In this document: positions 36,956 through 48,758 of the stretch, in pieces
Layout: each line of letters starts with the position of its first letter
Numbering within the stretch: the stretch's first letter is position 1
Assembly (NCBI GenBank): GCA_964625535.1
Contig: CAZVEX010000004.1
Span: forward strand, 38,166-102,165
Reading direction: 5' to 3'
Source: an uncultured Gammaproteobacteria bacterium
GTDB lineage: Bacteria > Patescibacteriota > Microgenomatia > Daviesbacterales > UBA10151
Length of the DNA: 64,000 nt
The notes under the pieces: generated by a model
Databases searched by the model: none
What the model was told of the DNA's origin: nothing
The model's input: the letters and a program-made list of their open reading frames with translations, nothing else
Made by a program: the position numbers and the translations under genes

Positions 36956-37833
36956 ATTACTGATAACCCTTCAAGATATGCTCCAGCTCTTTTGGTTTTT
37001 CCCAAAAGGGAGAAAGCAATCACTCTAAAAATTAATCCCAAAACAAGAAATAATCTTACCAAAGGATAAATTCCCAAATAGTATTTTTTAAAATAATATC
37101 TGATACCCGCCAGTTCTTTGACAAAGACTTTTTCCGGCAAAGCCGGACTGCTAGCCCTTAGCAAATGAGTTACTTGTATTGACGGAGTAAAGTAAACCTT
37201 AAAACCCCCGCGACCCACTTTCTTACAAAGATCCACCTCATCCATATACATAAAAATGGATTCGTCAAATCCGCCGACTTTTTCAAAGATATGCCTTTTG
37301 ATCATAAAAAAAGCTCCTGTCACCCAACCAACTTTTTTCTCCCGCTTGAAAAAATCTTTGTTTCTGGGATGAAATGAATTGGCTATGCCAAATATCCAGG
37401 GGATAACATTGAAAGGGTTTGGCAGAAAACCGGCGCTTGGCTGCAAGTTACCATTTTCATAAACTAATTTAACGCCCAAAACGCCGCAGTCAGGATGTTC
37501 CTTAAAATATTCAAGCGACTTAAAAAGAGTGTCTTCTTCCACAAAACAATCCGAATTTAATAAAAGAATCATCAGATTGCTTGTCTTTTTTATGGCCAGA
37601 TTATTACCTTTGCTATAACCCGTATTTATTTTAGATTTAATTAGTTTTACCCATGAGTGTTTCCTCCCAATCATTTCTGCTGATCCGTCTGCCGATGCAT
37701 TATCAAATACAATTACTTCTATCTTGTTCTTGAGCTTAGCCTGACAACTGACAACTGACAACTGCAGTCTCCTCAAACACTCATCAGTAATATTTTTGGT
37801 ATTAAAGCTTAAAATAATTATTGATAGATCCAC
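36952..37833 (-). CDS. GT2 glycosyltransferase
   Basis: DNASAD, LLNSD, GAFF, FMYMDE. Confidence 0.92.
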   Translation of the reverse strand: MDLSIIILSFNTKNITDECLRRLQLSVVSCQAKLKNKIEVIVFDNASADGSAEMIGRKHSWVKLIKSKINTGYSKGNNLAIKKTSNLMILLLNSDCFVEEDTLFKSLEYFKEHPDCGVLGVKLVYENGNLQPSAGFLPNPFNVIPWIFGIANSFHPRNKDFFKREKKVGWVTGAFFMIKRHIFEKVGGFDESIFMYMDEVDLCKKVGRGGFKVYFTPSIQVTHLLRASSPALPEKVFVKELAGIRYYFKKYYLGIYPLVRLFLVLGLIFRVIAFSLLGKTKRAGAYLEGLSVI

Positions 37834-38693
37834 AGCTTTGCCTTTCTGTAATGCTCGAGCATTTTAATTCCGGCCAAAATAATATCCCTCAAAACTGGAG
37901 GATATCTATTATAATAATGTTTCCTGTAAAAAATTCTCATGGCGGAAGCTCCATGAGAGACGGCCACGGCTTTTTCCTTTTTGGCAGACGAACCTTTAAA
38001 GTGAATGATTTTGACCTCGGGATAAAAATAAATTTTCCAGCCTTTTTCTTTTAGTAAGTAACAAAACTCAATGTCTTCCCCGTTCCAAAAATAATCCGTG
38101 TCCCACCAGCCGACTTGTTCCCCGGCAATTTTTCGAACCATCAAAAAAGCTCCTGTCAGAGAGTCTATCTCATGAATTTTATGGATATCCAAATGCGTGG
38201 CAGTATAGCCTGCAAAAAGTTTCCATTTGGGAAATAATTTTGCCAGGCCCGAAAAATAAGCAAAAGCGTTCCAGGGAGTGGGAAAACCCCGATGGCAAGA
38301 ATAATCCAATCTGCCGTCCGGCAGTTCGACCCGACAGGTGATGGCTCCTATGTCGGGATTACTCATCAAAAACCCATAAGTTTTTTGAATGGCTTTATCT
38401 ATAATAACAGTATCGGGATTTAAGAATAAAATAACTGGAGCCTTGGCCAGCTTCACGCCTTCATTATTGCCCGCAGCAAATCCTAGATTTGATTTATTTT
38501 TAATTATTTCAACCTTGGGAAATTTTTCTTTAACTGCCTCAACCGAATTATCCGAAGATGCATTATCTACTACAATAATTTGCCAATTGTCTTTCTGTGT
38601 TTTGTTTTCAAAGATAGATTCCAAACAATTCAGCAATAAATCCTCAACATTATAGTTAAGGATAATGATTGATAAATCAGGGCTTTGGGCCAT
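37818..38693 (-). CDS. GT2 glycosyltransferase
   Basis: VDNASSD, GFAAGNN, LNPD, GAFL, GEDI. Confidence 0.92.
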   Translation of the reverse strand: MAQSPDLSIIILNYNVEDLLLNCLESIFENKTQKDNWQIIVVDNASSDNSVEAVKEKFPKVEIIKNKSNLGFAAGNNEGVKLAKAPVILFLNPDTVIIDKAIQKTYGFLMSNPDIGAITCRVELPDGRLDYSCHRGFPTPWNAFAYFSGLAKLFPKWKLFAGYTATHLDIHKIHEIDSLTGAFLMVRKIAGEQVGWWDTDYFWNGEDIEFCYLLKEKGWKIYFYPEVKIIHFKGSSAKKEKAVAVSHGASAMRIFYRKHYYNRYPPVLRDIILAGIKMLEHYRKAKLWIYQ

Positions 38694-38730
38694 GTAGATA
38701 ATTGTATAACAGAGGGTTTATGATTACCAA

Positions 38731-39135
38731 TTAGCGGACTCGGTGGCGGCGTTTAATCCGCAGTTGGGCCAGGGATTTTTCTAAAATAGCTAAGGTTTCT
38801 GCATATTCTTCATCAGACAGCTTTTGTTCCAAAGCCTGCTCGGCCCGTTTTTTAGCTTCCTCAACAGCCCGCTCGTCTATATCTTCGGCATAAGTTGCCA
38901 GATCAGTCATAATCGTTAGCGTATTATCACTCATCTGTAAAAACCCGTCTCCTATGGCTAAATTCTCCACTTTTCCACCCTTTTTAATAATTAATTCTCC
39001 GGGTTCCAGTTTGGCCATTAAATTGGCATGGTTGGGGAGTATGCCTATTTCTCCCTGTTCTGTGGGGGCATTAACCTGGGAAACCTCTTCATCCACCAGC
39101 AATTTTTCCGGGGTAACAATTTTCAAATGCAACAT
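38731..39135 (-). CDS. atpC: ATP synthase F1 epsilon subunit
   Basis: LKIVTPE, GEIGILPNH; own TATAAT 6 nt before the ATG at 39135. Confidence 0.95.
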   Translation of the reverse strand: MLHLKIVTPEKLLVDEEVSQVNAPTEQGEIGILPNHANLMAKLEPGELIIKKGGKVENLAIGDGFLQMSDNTLTIMTDLATYAEDIDERAVEEAKKRAEQALEQKLSDEEYAETLAILEKSLAQLRIKRRHRVR

Positions 39136-39151
39136 GATATTATTATACACG

Positions 39152-39511
39152 ATGAATCACAGCGCAGAAGCAATCATCATAACTTGCATTGATTTTAGGC
39201 TGCAGGAAGCCATAAATCAATGGATTTCTAAAAATTTTGTCCCTAAAACTTTTGACAGGGTGGCTTTGGCCGGGGGAGTAAAAAATCTTGACATCATCCT
39301 CAATCAAATTGATATTGCCTATAAATTACATCATATCAAAAAAGTGGTTTTAATAAACCATGAAGACTGCGGGGCTTATGAGGAGGCGGGTACGCCGGAA
39401 AAACATGCGGAAGATCTGAAAACAGCCAAACAAAAAATCCTGTCACAATTTCCGGATTTGGCAGTGGATACTTATTATCTTAAACTGGATGGTACTTTTC
39501 AGCCTGTCTAA
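39152..39511 (+). CDS. Small beta-class carbonic anhydrase-like protein
   Basis: CIDFR and HEDCG zinc-ligand motifs; ATG at 39152. Confidence 0.8.
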   Translation: MNHSAEAIIITCIDFRLQEAINQWISKNFVPKTFDRVALAGGVKNLDIILNQIDIAYKLHHIKKVVLINHEDCGAYEEAGTPEKHAEDLKTAKQKILSQFPDLAVDTYYLKLDGTFQPV

Positions 39512-39557
39512 TACCCTATAGCTTGCAAGAAATAACTAAAGCTGGTAAAATGACTCT

Positions 39558-40028
39558 ATGCTACCTGAACTTTTGAGACCTGATAATCCTGAATTAAGAA
39601 GATCATCATCAACAGTGCCGCGGTTTCAGATTTCTGCGGTCCAAGATGTAATTAGGTTATTAGTAACAATGCTGGAAATTAATCCAGAAGCAGTCGGAAT
39701 TGCTGCCCCGCAGTTTGGATGTAACCTTAGAATATTTGTGGCAAGGCTCTCCGGGGAACCGACTGTTTTTATCAATCCCAAGAGTGATTTTTTTTCAATG
39801 AAAAGAGTACCAGTTACTGAAGAATGCCTAAGTTTACCAGGAAAAAAACGAAGAGTCTTAAGATGCGAAAGCGTAGGGCTAAGCGCCTATAACCAAGAGG
39901 GAGATCCCTTTTCTGTATTGGCATCTGGCGCGCAACAAGCAGCAGTTCTGCAACATGAAATGGATCACTTAAATGGGGTGCTGATCATTGATAGACCTGC
40001 AGTCCGTAGAAGACTACGTTGGCTCTAG
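39558..40028 (+). CDS. def: Peptide deformylase (divergent)
   Basis: GIAAPQ, EECLS (canonical EGCLS), QHEMDHL. Confidence 0.9.
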   Translation: MLPELLRPDNPELRRSSSTVPRFQISAVQDVIRLLVTMLEINPEAVGIAAPQFGCNLRIFVARLSGEPTVFINPKSDFFSMKRVPVTEECLSLPGKKRRVLRCESVGLSAYNQEGDPFSVLASGAQQAAVLQHEMDHLNGVLIIDRPAVRRRLRWL

Positions 40029-40062
40029 TAAGATAATATCAATAAAGGTTGCGCACAAATTC

Positions 40063-41421
<1,359 letters not shown>

Positions 41422-42318
41422 TTATTCCATAGCCACTTGGGCTGTGGTAATTTCCAAAAGTTCTCTGGTAATCATATCCTGTCTGGTCTGATTATAAGTT
41501 AATGTTAAATCATCCACCAGATCTTTAGCATTATCAGTGGCATTTTTCATGGCCACCATTCTGGCCGAGTGTTCCGAGGCCTTGGTTTCAAGCAAAGCCT
41601 GATAAATCTGCTCCTCAATCTGATGGATTAAAATAAAATCCAATAAGGAATCTACATTTGGCTCAAAGAGAAATTCCTTATTGTCATTCTGAGGCGAAGC
41701 CGAAGAATCTCTCAACTTGTTTGAGGTACCTGCATTCGCAGGAGATCCTTCACTGGCGTTCAGGATGACAGGGTCAATTGGTAAAATCTTAATTTTTTTT
41801 GCTTCCTGTTTTAGGGTAGACACAAATTGGGGATAGACCAGATAAACTTCCCCAATTTCTCCTGCCAGATAAGCTTCTATGATCATTTTAGCCAGCTGTT
41901 TGCTTTGGCGGAAAGTAATTGTATCCGCATTTTCAAAATCCGCTTTTAAATCTTTACCTGTTCTTACCACAAAACTTCTACCCTTTCTGCCAATTGTATA
42001 AAATGAGCCGGTCAGAGATATCACCGAACGCATCAGATTGGTGTTCAACGCCCCCACCAAACCCTTGTCAGTGGAAAGTAAAATCACTCCCGTTTTATTT
42101 GATGAATTCCCCAAAAGCAGGGGATGAGCTTCAATATTTATCCTCGGTAAAAGTCTTGCCAGGGCTTGGGCTAAATTCTCGCTATATGGCCTGCCTGATA
42201 CGGCCTGATTTTGGGCCCGCCTCATTTTGGTAGCAGCCACCATCTCCATAGCCCGGGTGATTTGACTGGTATTTTTGATTGATTTTATTCTTCTTCTAAG
42301 TTCTCTAGTGTTTGCCAT
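41422..42318 (-). CDS. atpG: ATP synthase F1 gamma subunit with a 29-aa repeat-derived insertion
   Basis: [34 protein letters not shown]. Confidence 0.97.
   Translation of the reverse strand: MANTRELRRRIKSIKNTSQITRAMEMVAATKMRRAQNQAVSGRPYSENLAQALARLLPRINIEAHPLLLGNSSNKTGVILLSTDKGLVGALNTNLMRSVISLTGSFYTIGRKGRSFVVRTGKDLKADFENADTITFRQSKQLAKMIIEAYLAGEIGEVYLVYPQFVSTLKQEAKKIKILPIDPVILNASEGSPANAGTSNKLRDSSASPQNDNKEFLFEPNVDSLLDFILIHQIEEQIYQALLETKASEHSARMVAMKNATDNAKDLVDDLTLTYNQTRQDMITRELLEITTAQVAME
41683..41769. repeat. 87-bp REP-like inverted repeat inserted in frame in atpG
   Basis: GTCATTCTGAGGCGAAGCCGAAGAATCTC ... GAGATCCTTCACTGGCGTTCAGGATGAC; translates as [29 protein letters not shown]. Confidence 0.85.
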
Positions 42319-43750
42319 AAGTCCTCACAAATTCTTTAGTCACTTTTTCCAATTCTTTATTTTTTCCTTTTAATTTAAGGTAAGCAAGATATTTTTGTTC
42401 AAAATCTTTAATTTTTTCCACTTCCACCTCATCCATAAATCCATTGGTAACAGCCCAAAGCACTGCCACTTGTTCTTCAACCGGAACAGGGGAGTAGGGA
42501 GGTTGTTTTAGCACCTCGGTGATGCGGCGACCCCTTTCAATCTGCATTTTTGTTTGGGGATCCAAATCAGCAGAAAACTGGGCAAAAGCCGCAAGTTCCC
42601 TAAACTGGGCCAGATCCAGTTTAAGTCTGCCAGCCACGCCTTTCATGGTCTTGGTTTGAGCTGCGCCACCAACACGGGAGACGGAAATTCCCACATTCAA
42701 AGCAGGTCTAACCCCCTGAAAAAATAAATCAGGTTCCAGATAAATTTGCCCGTCAGTAATGGAGATGACATTGGTGGGAATATAGGCTGACACATCATTG
42801 GCCTGAGTTTCGATAATGGGCAGAGCAGTCAGCGAACCGCCACCATGTTTCTCGTTTAAGCGGGCAGCCCGCTCAAGAAGCCGGGAATGCAAATAAAACA
42901 CATCCCCAGGATAAGCTTCTCTGCCGGAAGGCCTTCTCAAAAGCAAAGATATTTGTCTGTAGGCAGCAGCATGTTTGGACAAATCATCATAAATCACTAA
43001 GGCATCTTTTCCCTGATCCATAAAATATTCACCCATGGCCGCTCCGGCATAGGGAGCAATATATTGCATGGTGGCAGGGTCGGAGGCGGAGGCCGCCACC
43101 ACAATGGTGTGATCCATGGCTCTTAAGCTTTCCAGTTTGGCTACCAATTGGGCAATTTTAGAGGTTTTTTGGCCGATGGCTACATAAATACACAGCACAT
43201 CCTTCTGGTTTATGATGGTATCTACTGCAATGGTGGTTTTGCCGGTATTGCGATCGCCAATAATTAACTCTCTTTGACCCCGGCCAATGGGAATTAGAGC
43301 GTCAATGGCTTTGATTCCAGTTTGAAGTGGGGTATTAACAGATTGTCTGGTTACCACTCCCGGAGCAATTTTTTCAACAGGATAATGAGTTTTGGCCGCA
43401 ATTTTTCCCTTCCCGTCAATCGGCTCGCCTAACCCGTCAACCACCCTGCCTACTAAACCTTCTCCCACCGGTACTTGCAAAATTCTCCCTGTAGTTTTAA
43501 CTTCTTGACCCTCTTTAACTGATACGAAATCTCCGAAAATCACAGCACCCACACTGTATTGTTCAAGATTTAAGGCCAGTCCATAAATACCCACACCAAA
43601 ATCCAAAATTTCGCAGTAGCCGGCATCGGATAACCCTTCAATCCTGGCCACACCGTCTCCCACTTCCACTACTTTCCCCACATTTTGCCTTTGGGCTTTG
43701 AATTTTAATCCTTTTATTTGATTTTCTATTTGTTGTATTAAATCTGCCAT
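42305..43750 (-). CDS. atpA: ATP synthase F1 alpha subunit
   Basis: [27 protein letters not shown]. Confidence 0.98.
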   Translation of the reverse strand: MADLIQQIENQIKGLKFKAQRQNVGKVVEVGDGVARIEGLSDAGYCEILDFGVGIYGLALNLEQYSVGAVIFGDFVSVKEGQEVKTTGRILQVPVGEGLVGRVVDGLGEPIDGKGKIAAKTHYPVEKIAPGVVTRQSVNTPLQTGIKAIDALIPIGRGQRELIIGDRNTGKTTIAVDTIINQKDVLCIYVAIGQKTSKIAQLVAKLESLRAMDHTIVVAASASDPATMQYIAPYAGAAMGEYFMDQGKDALVIYDDLSKHAAAYRQISLLLRRPSGREAYPGDVFYLHSRLLERAARLNEKHGGGSLTALPIIETQANDVSAYIPTNVISITDGQIYLEPDLFFQGVRPALNVGISVSRVGGAAQTKTMKGVAGRLKLDLAQFRELAAFAQFSADLDPQTKMQIERGRRITEVLKQPPYSPVPVEEQVAVLWAVTNGFMDEVEVEKIKDFEQKYLAYLKLKGKNKELEKVTKEFVRTYGKH

Positions 43751-44148
43751 TAACTTCCTGCTATTGCCTCCTTAACCTGATAAATTCTGGATCGAATGGA
43801 ATCGTCATAAATGTGATCACCAACCCTGATTTTTAAACCACCTAAAATTTGCGGATTCAGCTTAAATTCAGCGCTTGTAATGTTGAATCTCAAACTGAAC
43901 TTTTTCCTGATGATATCTTTTTGTTTTTTAGAAAGGGGGATGACAGATTCAACCAGCATGTGAGTAAGATTTATCTCCGCTTTGATTCTCTTAAAAAATT
44001 CTGATAAGAGTTCTATAGCTTCTGCCCTGGGCTGAACACTAAAGAGTTTAACAAAGCCTAAAGCCCGTTTCTCTGTTAATTTTCCTTCTTTAAAACAGGC
44101 CCCAATGGCTTTTTCAATAATTTTTCTTATTTGTTTTCTCTTTTTCAC
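43750..44148 (-). CDS. atpH: ATP synthase delta subunit (short form)
   Basis: C-terminal [16 protein letters not shown]; position in the operon. Confidence 0.85.
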   Translation of the reverse strand: MKKRKQIRKIIEKAIGACFKEGKLTEKRALGFVKLFSVQPRAEAIELLSEFFKRIKAEINLTHMLVESVIPLSKKQKDIIRKKFSLRFNITSAEFKLNPQILGGLKIRVGDHIYDDSIRSRIYQVKEAIAGS

Positions 44149-44635
44149 TAGCTTTCTTTCATAACCTCATCAATAATTTTTCTTTGTTCTGCAGATATTT
44201 TCGTCCCCCAGACTTTCTCTAAGCCCAGCTGCACAATGTTTGACAGGTGATCTTTAACCTGGTTCATCATCTGAGCCTTTTCAAATTCTATAAACTTCTT
44301 GGTATCTTCGGTTGTCTTCATTAGTATGCGTTCAGCTTGTTTATTTGTATCCTCCAGTATTTGTGCAGCTACCTTATTTGTGTCGTCTAAAATTTTTTTA
44401 CTTTCTTCTAAAGTATCAGCAATAATGTTTTCAGACTGCTCCTGGGTTTTGCGCAGCTTTAACTCAATCTCCTCTGCATTTCTCAAACTTTCAGCGATCT
44501 TTTTTCTGCGCTCCTCCAAAACTTTCAAGATTGGTTTATATAAAAACTTCTTTAAGATAAAAAGCAGGATGAAAAAATTGACTACCTGCGCAGCCAAAAG
44601 TATTGGATTTATCCCGAACTGGTTTAGAATTTCCA

Positions 44636-44636
<1 letters not shown>
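44148..44636 (-). CDS. atpF: ATP synthase F0 b subunit
   Basis: AQVVNFFILL..LYKPI...ER followed by a coiled coil. Confidence 0.93.
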
Positions 44637-44854
<218 letters not shown>

Positions 44855-44858
44855 TTAT

Positions 44859-45575
44859 TTAATGTTCGGCATGTTTTTCCGATAACAAAACCATAAACAC
44901 CAGAGTTAGCATGGCAAAAACAGCTGCCTGTACAAATCCTACAATAATTTCCAAAAAATAAAAAGGCAGTGGCACAACAAAGGCAAAAATGCCAGCCACT
45001 GTTGAGAGCACTACCTCTCCGGCAAATATATTACCAAAAAGACGGAAAGAAAGCGAGACTATTTTGGTCACTTCCGAAATAATTTCCAGGATCCCTACAA
45101 ATAAAAAAATGGGGTTTAGAGCCACCCATTTCAAAAGATAGTTTTTGATCCCTAAATATTTAACGGCAAAGCCGTGGGTTAAAAAAGCAGACAGCAGTGC
45201 CAGTCCCAATGTCATGTTTAAATCGGAGTTGACAGAACGAAAAAGAGGTTCGCCTTTGTAAGTGATGGTGCCAAAACCAGGCAAAAGCCCCAGCCAGTTG
45301 GAAGTTAAAATAAAAAGGAAAAAGGTCATAATAAAAGGAAAGAAAACTTTTACCCTTTTGGCTGTTAAACCCTCGACCGTGGAATAACCCCAATCTATTA
45401 CCGCTTCTAAAAAATTCTGCAAGAGAGAAGGTATGGCTTTTATTCTCCAGGTTGCAGCGATGCTTGCTACAGTCAAAATAACCATGGCCACCCAGGAAAC
45501 CAAAAGAGTATTGGTGATGGGAAAATTTCTATAAAATCCCAATATTTCCGGCTTTAAAACAATTCCATGTTCCAT
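44859..45575 (-). CDS. atpB: ATP synthase F0 a subunit
   Basis: SLSFRLFGNIFAGE, VQAAVF. Confidence 0.96.
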   Translation of the reverse strand: MEHGIVLKPEILGFYRNFPITNTLLVSWVAMVILTVASIAATWRIKAIPSLLQNFLEAVIDWGYSTVEGLTAKRVKVFFPFIMTFFLFILTSNWLGLLPGFGTITYKGEPLFRSVNSDLNMTLGLALLSAFLTHGFAVKYLGIKNYLLKWVALNPIFLFVGILEIISEVTKIVSLSFRLFGNIFAGEVVLSTVAGIFAFVVPLPFYFLEIIVGFVQAAVFAMLTLVFMVLLSEKHAEH

Positions 45576-45615
45576 CTAAAACATTGTACTCAAAAAGCTG
45601 GCGAAGCGTCAATGT

Positions 45616-47184
45616 CTATTCCAGTTTTTCTCTTTGAGTTCGCAAAAAGAGGAACCATTGTTCAAAAAAGGCAAAAATGCCTTTAAATGGGGTTTCAATA
45701 ATAAAATCAAAAATAAACAGCACAATATTTATCTGGGAAATGGCCGTAGTCAACCTTCTTCCCACCTGAATAAAAGGCATAAAGAAAAAATCAGCCAGAA
45801 GCGACCCCAGACTGTCCCTGTCGTCTCTTAAAACATACATGTTGGCAGTTCTGTTAATCCTGTAAGAAATAAAAGAAACAATGGCCAGGAAAAAGACAAA
45901 TATCCCTTGAGAGGCAGGATTTACCCCCAATTTATTCAAAACAAAAATGATTACCCCAAAACTCAAAACAAAAGTGAGGAGCCAAAGCATGAGAAAGACA
46001 AACCCCAAAATTGGCTCTGATTTCTTGGGCTTTTTCCTCGCTGCCAGCGGAGGATTTAAATTGGGATTTTCCTCAAAGAGGATAGAGTTGATCTTAGTCA
46101 TAATCCTGAAAGAATTATCTTTGGACGGGGCCTTAATAAAAAGACCAACTAAAACCATCAGTAAAGGAGGGGTCAGGGTATTTAAGACAATTGAGCTCCA
46201 GATGACCCGATTATAAATAAATCTTTCATAAGTTCCTTCTATGAAAAGAGCAAAAATAGCCTTGGTAAAAAAGATAAAAACAACGCTTCTGACAATGGCC
46301 CGCTTTACCTTGGCCCTGATGGTTTTATAGCGGGCGCTGCAGGCTTCCAGAATGGCCAGATTTAAGCTTTCGGAATCCGAAACAAGCGCATGAGCGCCGC
46401 TTGGGCTTTTTCTTAAAACATCGTCCAGAATTAAAAAAGGCACTGTCTGATTTTTGACATAGACATAGATTTTATCCTTCAGGGGATAGTTTAGCTGCTT
46501 TGACAATTCTTTTTGCGCTTCGGGGAAGCCCTCGGCAATTTTATTGAAGTTATGGCTTATTTTGCCAAAATAATGCTTAAAAAGATGGTAGCGGAGAAGT
46601 GCCAAATCGTCATTGGCAAAAGCGCGTCTTGCGGCAATGAAAACCTGAATGTCTCTTGTTTCATCAGTGTCATCGCTGATGACAACTCTCTCCCGGAAAA
46701 GGTGATAGATAAAATTGCACATGGTTTCTTTTTGGGGAGAAGGCTTTAAGATATCTTCGATTTCCGCTGACAAAAGCTGCATGATCCATTCATTAACCAT
46801 TATCCTGTTCACTCTGTGCTGGTGGTTTATTTCGTCTTCCATTTTAAGAAACAGGTCAATGGTCTGGCTCACCCGGGCCACCTGGGATTCGGGAACGGAT
46901 GAGTCGGGAAAATAACGGGCCCAAATCAGTTCCCTGATTAAAGGAGGAGCAATAGTTGCTCCGTTTCCGCCAAGTAAAAGCCTTCTTTTTAAAATCCTCT
47001 CGATGGTGGAGCGAAGTATCACCTCGTCGTCGCGGTAATCCATGGCGGTTCTAAATTTCTCATACCAGCTGGCCAACTCCGCCACCAGGGGATTGACAGA
47101 TATGGTTTTATCGTCGGAGGGAGCCAGGCTTCGGTCATAAGATGAAACCAGAATTTGGGATAATTTTGTTAACTCTCTACCCAT
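45616..47184 (-). CDS. Hypothetical membrane protein with a large N-terminal cytoplasmic domain
   Basis: 522-aa ORF; YEKFRTAMDY..R.TIERIL.RR; 4-5 C-terminal TM helices. Confidence 0.7.
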   Translation of the reverse strand: MGRELTKLSQILVSSYDRSLAPSDDKTISVNPLVAELASWYEKFRTAMDYRDDEVILRSTIERILKRRLLLGGNGATIAPPLIRELIWARYFPDSSVPESQVARVSQTIDLFLKMEDEINHQHRVNRIMVNEWIMQLLSAEIEDILKPSPQKETMCNFIYHLFRERVVISDDTDETRDIQVFIAARRAFANDDLALLRYHLFKHYFGKISHNFNKIAEGFPEAQKELSKQLNYPLKDKIYVYVKNQTVPFLILDDVLRKSPSGAHALVSDSESLNLAILEACSARYKTIRAKVKRAIVRSVVFIFFTKAIFALFIEGTYERFIYNRVIWSSIVLNTLTPPLLMVLVGLFIKAPSKDNSFRIMTKINSILFEENPNLNPPLAARKKPKKSEPILGFVFLMLWLLTFVLSFGVIIFVLNKLGVNPASQGIFVFFLAIVSFISYRINRTANMYVLRDDRDSLGSLLADFFFMPFIQVGRRLTTAISQINIVLFIFDFIIETPFKGIFAFFEQWFLFLRTQREKLE

Positions 47185-47189
47185 AATTA

Positions 47190-47207
47190 TGTGGTAATAT
47201 TACCACA
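47190..47207. promoter_or_regulatory. Perfect 18-bp palindrome between divergent genes
   Basis: TGTGGTAATATTACCACA; contains TG-G-TAATAT on both strands. Confidence 0.6.
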
Positions 47208-47220
47208 AGGGAAAAAATAA

Positions 47221-48306
47221 ATGACTACAGAAGAAAAGTTTAATTTAATTACCAGAAATCTGGAGGAGGTTTTGACAGAAGAGGAATTGAAGGCTCTTTT
47301 GGAAAGTGGGGCACCCCTTCGCCACTACATTGGTTTTGAAATTTCCGGCAAACTGCACATTGGCTATCTTTTTACAGTCCTAAAAATTAAAGATTTGCAG
47401 GACGCGGGCGCAGAAACTATTATTTGGTTGGCAGATTTACATTCGGCCATCAATGACAAACTTGACGGCAACATTGAAACCATCAGGAAAGTGGCAAGGG
47501 GTTATTTTACTGATGCCTTTAAAATTTTATTCCAATGCGTAGGAGGGGATCCTGAAAAATTACAGTTTAGATTAACTTCGCAGGAATATGCCAAAAATCC
47601 TGACTTTTGGCTGATTATGCTGGAAATTGGCAAAACTACCTCACTGGCTCGCACTAAACGCTCCGTAACCATCATGGGGAGGGAAGAATCGGAAGATATT
47701 GATACGGCCAAACTATTTTACCCAATCATGCAAGCTGCGGATATTTTTCTTTTGGGCGTCAACATTGCCCATGCCGGAGTGGACCAGAGAAAAGTCCATG
47801 TGATTGCCCGCGACAGCGCTTCCGCTTTGGGAAAACCAAAACCCGTAGCCATTCATCATCCCATTCTTTTGGGACTGACAGCTCCTGAAAATGTCACAGG
47901 CGAGGCAGATGAAATTGCCATGAAAGCCAAAATGAGCAAGTCAAAACCGGGCAGCGGCATTTCTATTCACGACAGTCCCGAACAAATCAGGCAAACTATC
48001 AACAGTGCCTTTGCCCCGGAAGGACAGGTGGAACAAAACCCCATTTTAAACTGGACCAGATATTTAATTTTTTATAGCGACGGATCACTAACCATCTCCA
48101 GAAAACCGGAACATGGGGGAGATATAACATATTCTTCCTATGAAAGCTTGGAAAAAGATTATGTGGAAAAAAAGTTACATCCCCAAGACTTGAAAAATGC
48201 AGTAGCAGAATGGTTAATTAAAAAACTTAAACCAGCCAGAATTTACTTTGAAGATCCTGCCCGAAAATCTGCTTTGGAAGAAATTGAAAGGTTAACGGTT
48301 AAATAA
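47221..48306 (+). CDS. tyrS: Tyrosyl-tRNA synthetase, archaeal/eukaryotic type
   Basis: YIGFEISGKLHIG, LADLH, YPIMQAADI, GVDQRKVHVIARD, KMSKS, LHPQDLKNAVAE; no S4-like tail. Confidence 0.92.
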   Translation: MTTEEKFNLITRNLEEVLTEEELKALLESGAPLRHYIGFEISGKLHIGYLFTVLKIKDLQDAGAETIIWLADLHSAINDKLDGNIETIRKVARGYFTDAFKILFQCVGGDPEKLQFRLTSQEYAKNPDFWLIMLEIGKTTSLARTKRSVTIMGREESEDIDTAKLFYPIMQAADIFLLGVNIAHAGVDQRKVHVIARDSASALGKPKPVAIHHPILLGLTAPENVTGEADEIAMKAKMSKSKPGSGISIHDSPEQIRQTINSAFAPEGQVEQNPILNWTRYLIFYSDGSLTISRKPEHGGDITYSSYESLEKDYVEKKLHPQDLKNAVAEWLIKKLKPARIYFEDPARKSALEEIERLTVK

Positions 48307-48321
48307 AAATACTTTGGCGAA

Positions 48322-48678
48322 TTAAGAATTCCTTGTTCGCATTCTCCAGCTTAATTTACCGACAGCGTCAATCATATTTTCTACTAAAATAACCCCACTA
48401 GCTAAAATACCAAAACCCAAAAACATACTTGTGCCCCATCTCATGCTTTCTATAGCTCTATGAGTTAAGGGACTTCCCTGAATAAATTGCACAGCAGCTT
48501 CCTGGAAAGATAGTGCTTCTATGCCAATTAGAGGTAGTGCGACCACCGATCCAACTTTTACCCATCTTCGGAAACCTTTTTCGGAAAGTGCATGGATTAC
48601 AGGAGTAGTTTCTGGTTGAAATGTTCCACCCAACTCTGATTTATTATCTACCATACCCCACATATACACCTTTTCCAT
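48322..48678 (-). CDS. Hypothetical membrane protein
   Basis: Two hydrophobic helices. Confidence 0.5.
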   Translation of the reverse strand: MEKVYMWGMVDNKSELGGTFQPETTPVIHALSEKGFRRWVKVGSVVALPLIGIEALSFQEAAVQFIQGSPLTHRAIESMRWGTSMFLGFGILASGVILVENMIDAVGKLSWRMRTRNS

Positions 48679-48758
48679 TAGATTTGCAAACTGATAAAAT
48701 CAGTCTACAAATAGGCAAAGAAGAAGTCTAAAGTTTTTTAACCGTTTTTAAATGGGTA

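Noticed and set aside
38954-39151. N-terminal extension of the carbonic anhydrase ORF, and similar extensions at 15308, 54506, 54759 and 60544
   Set aside because: They overlap neighbouring genes; homology and promoter position point to the downstream starts.
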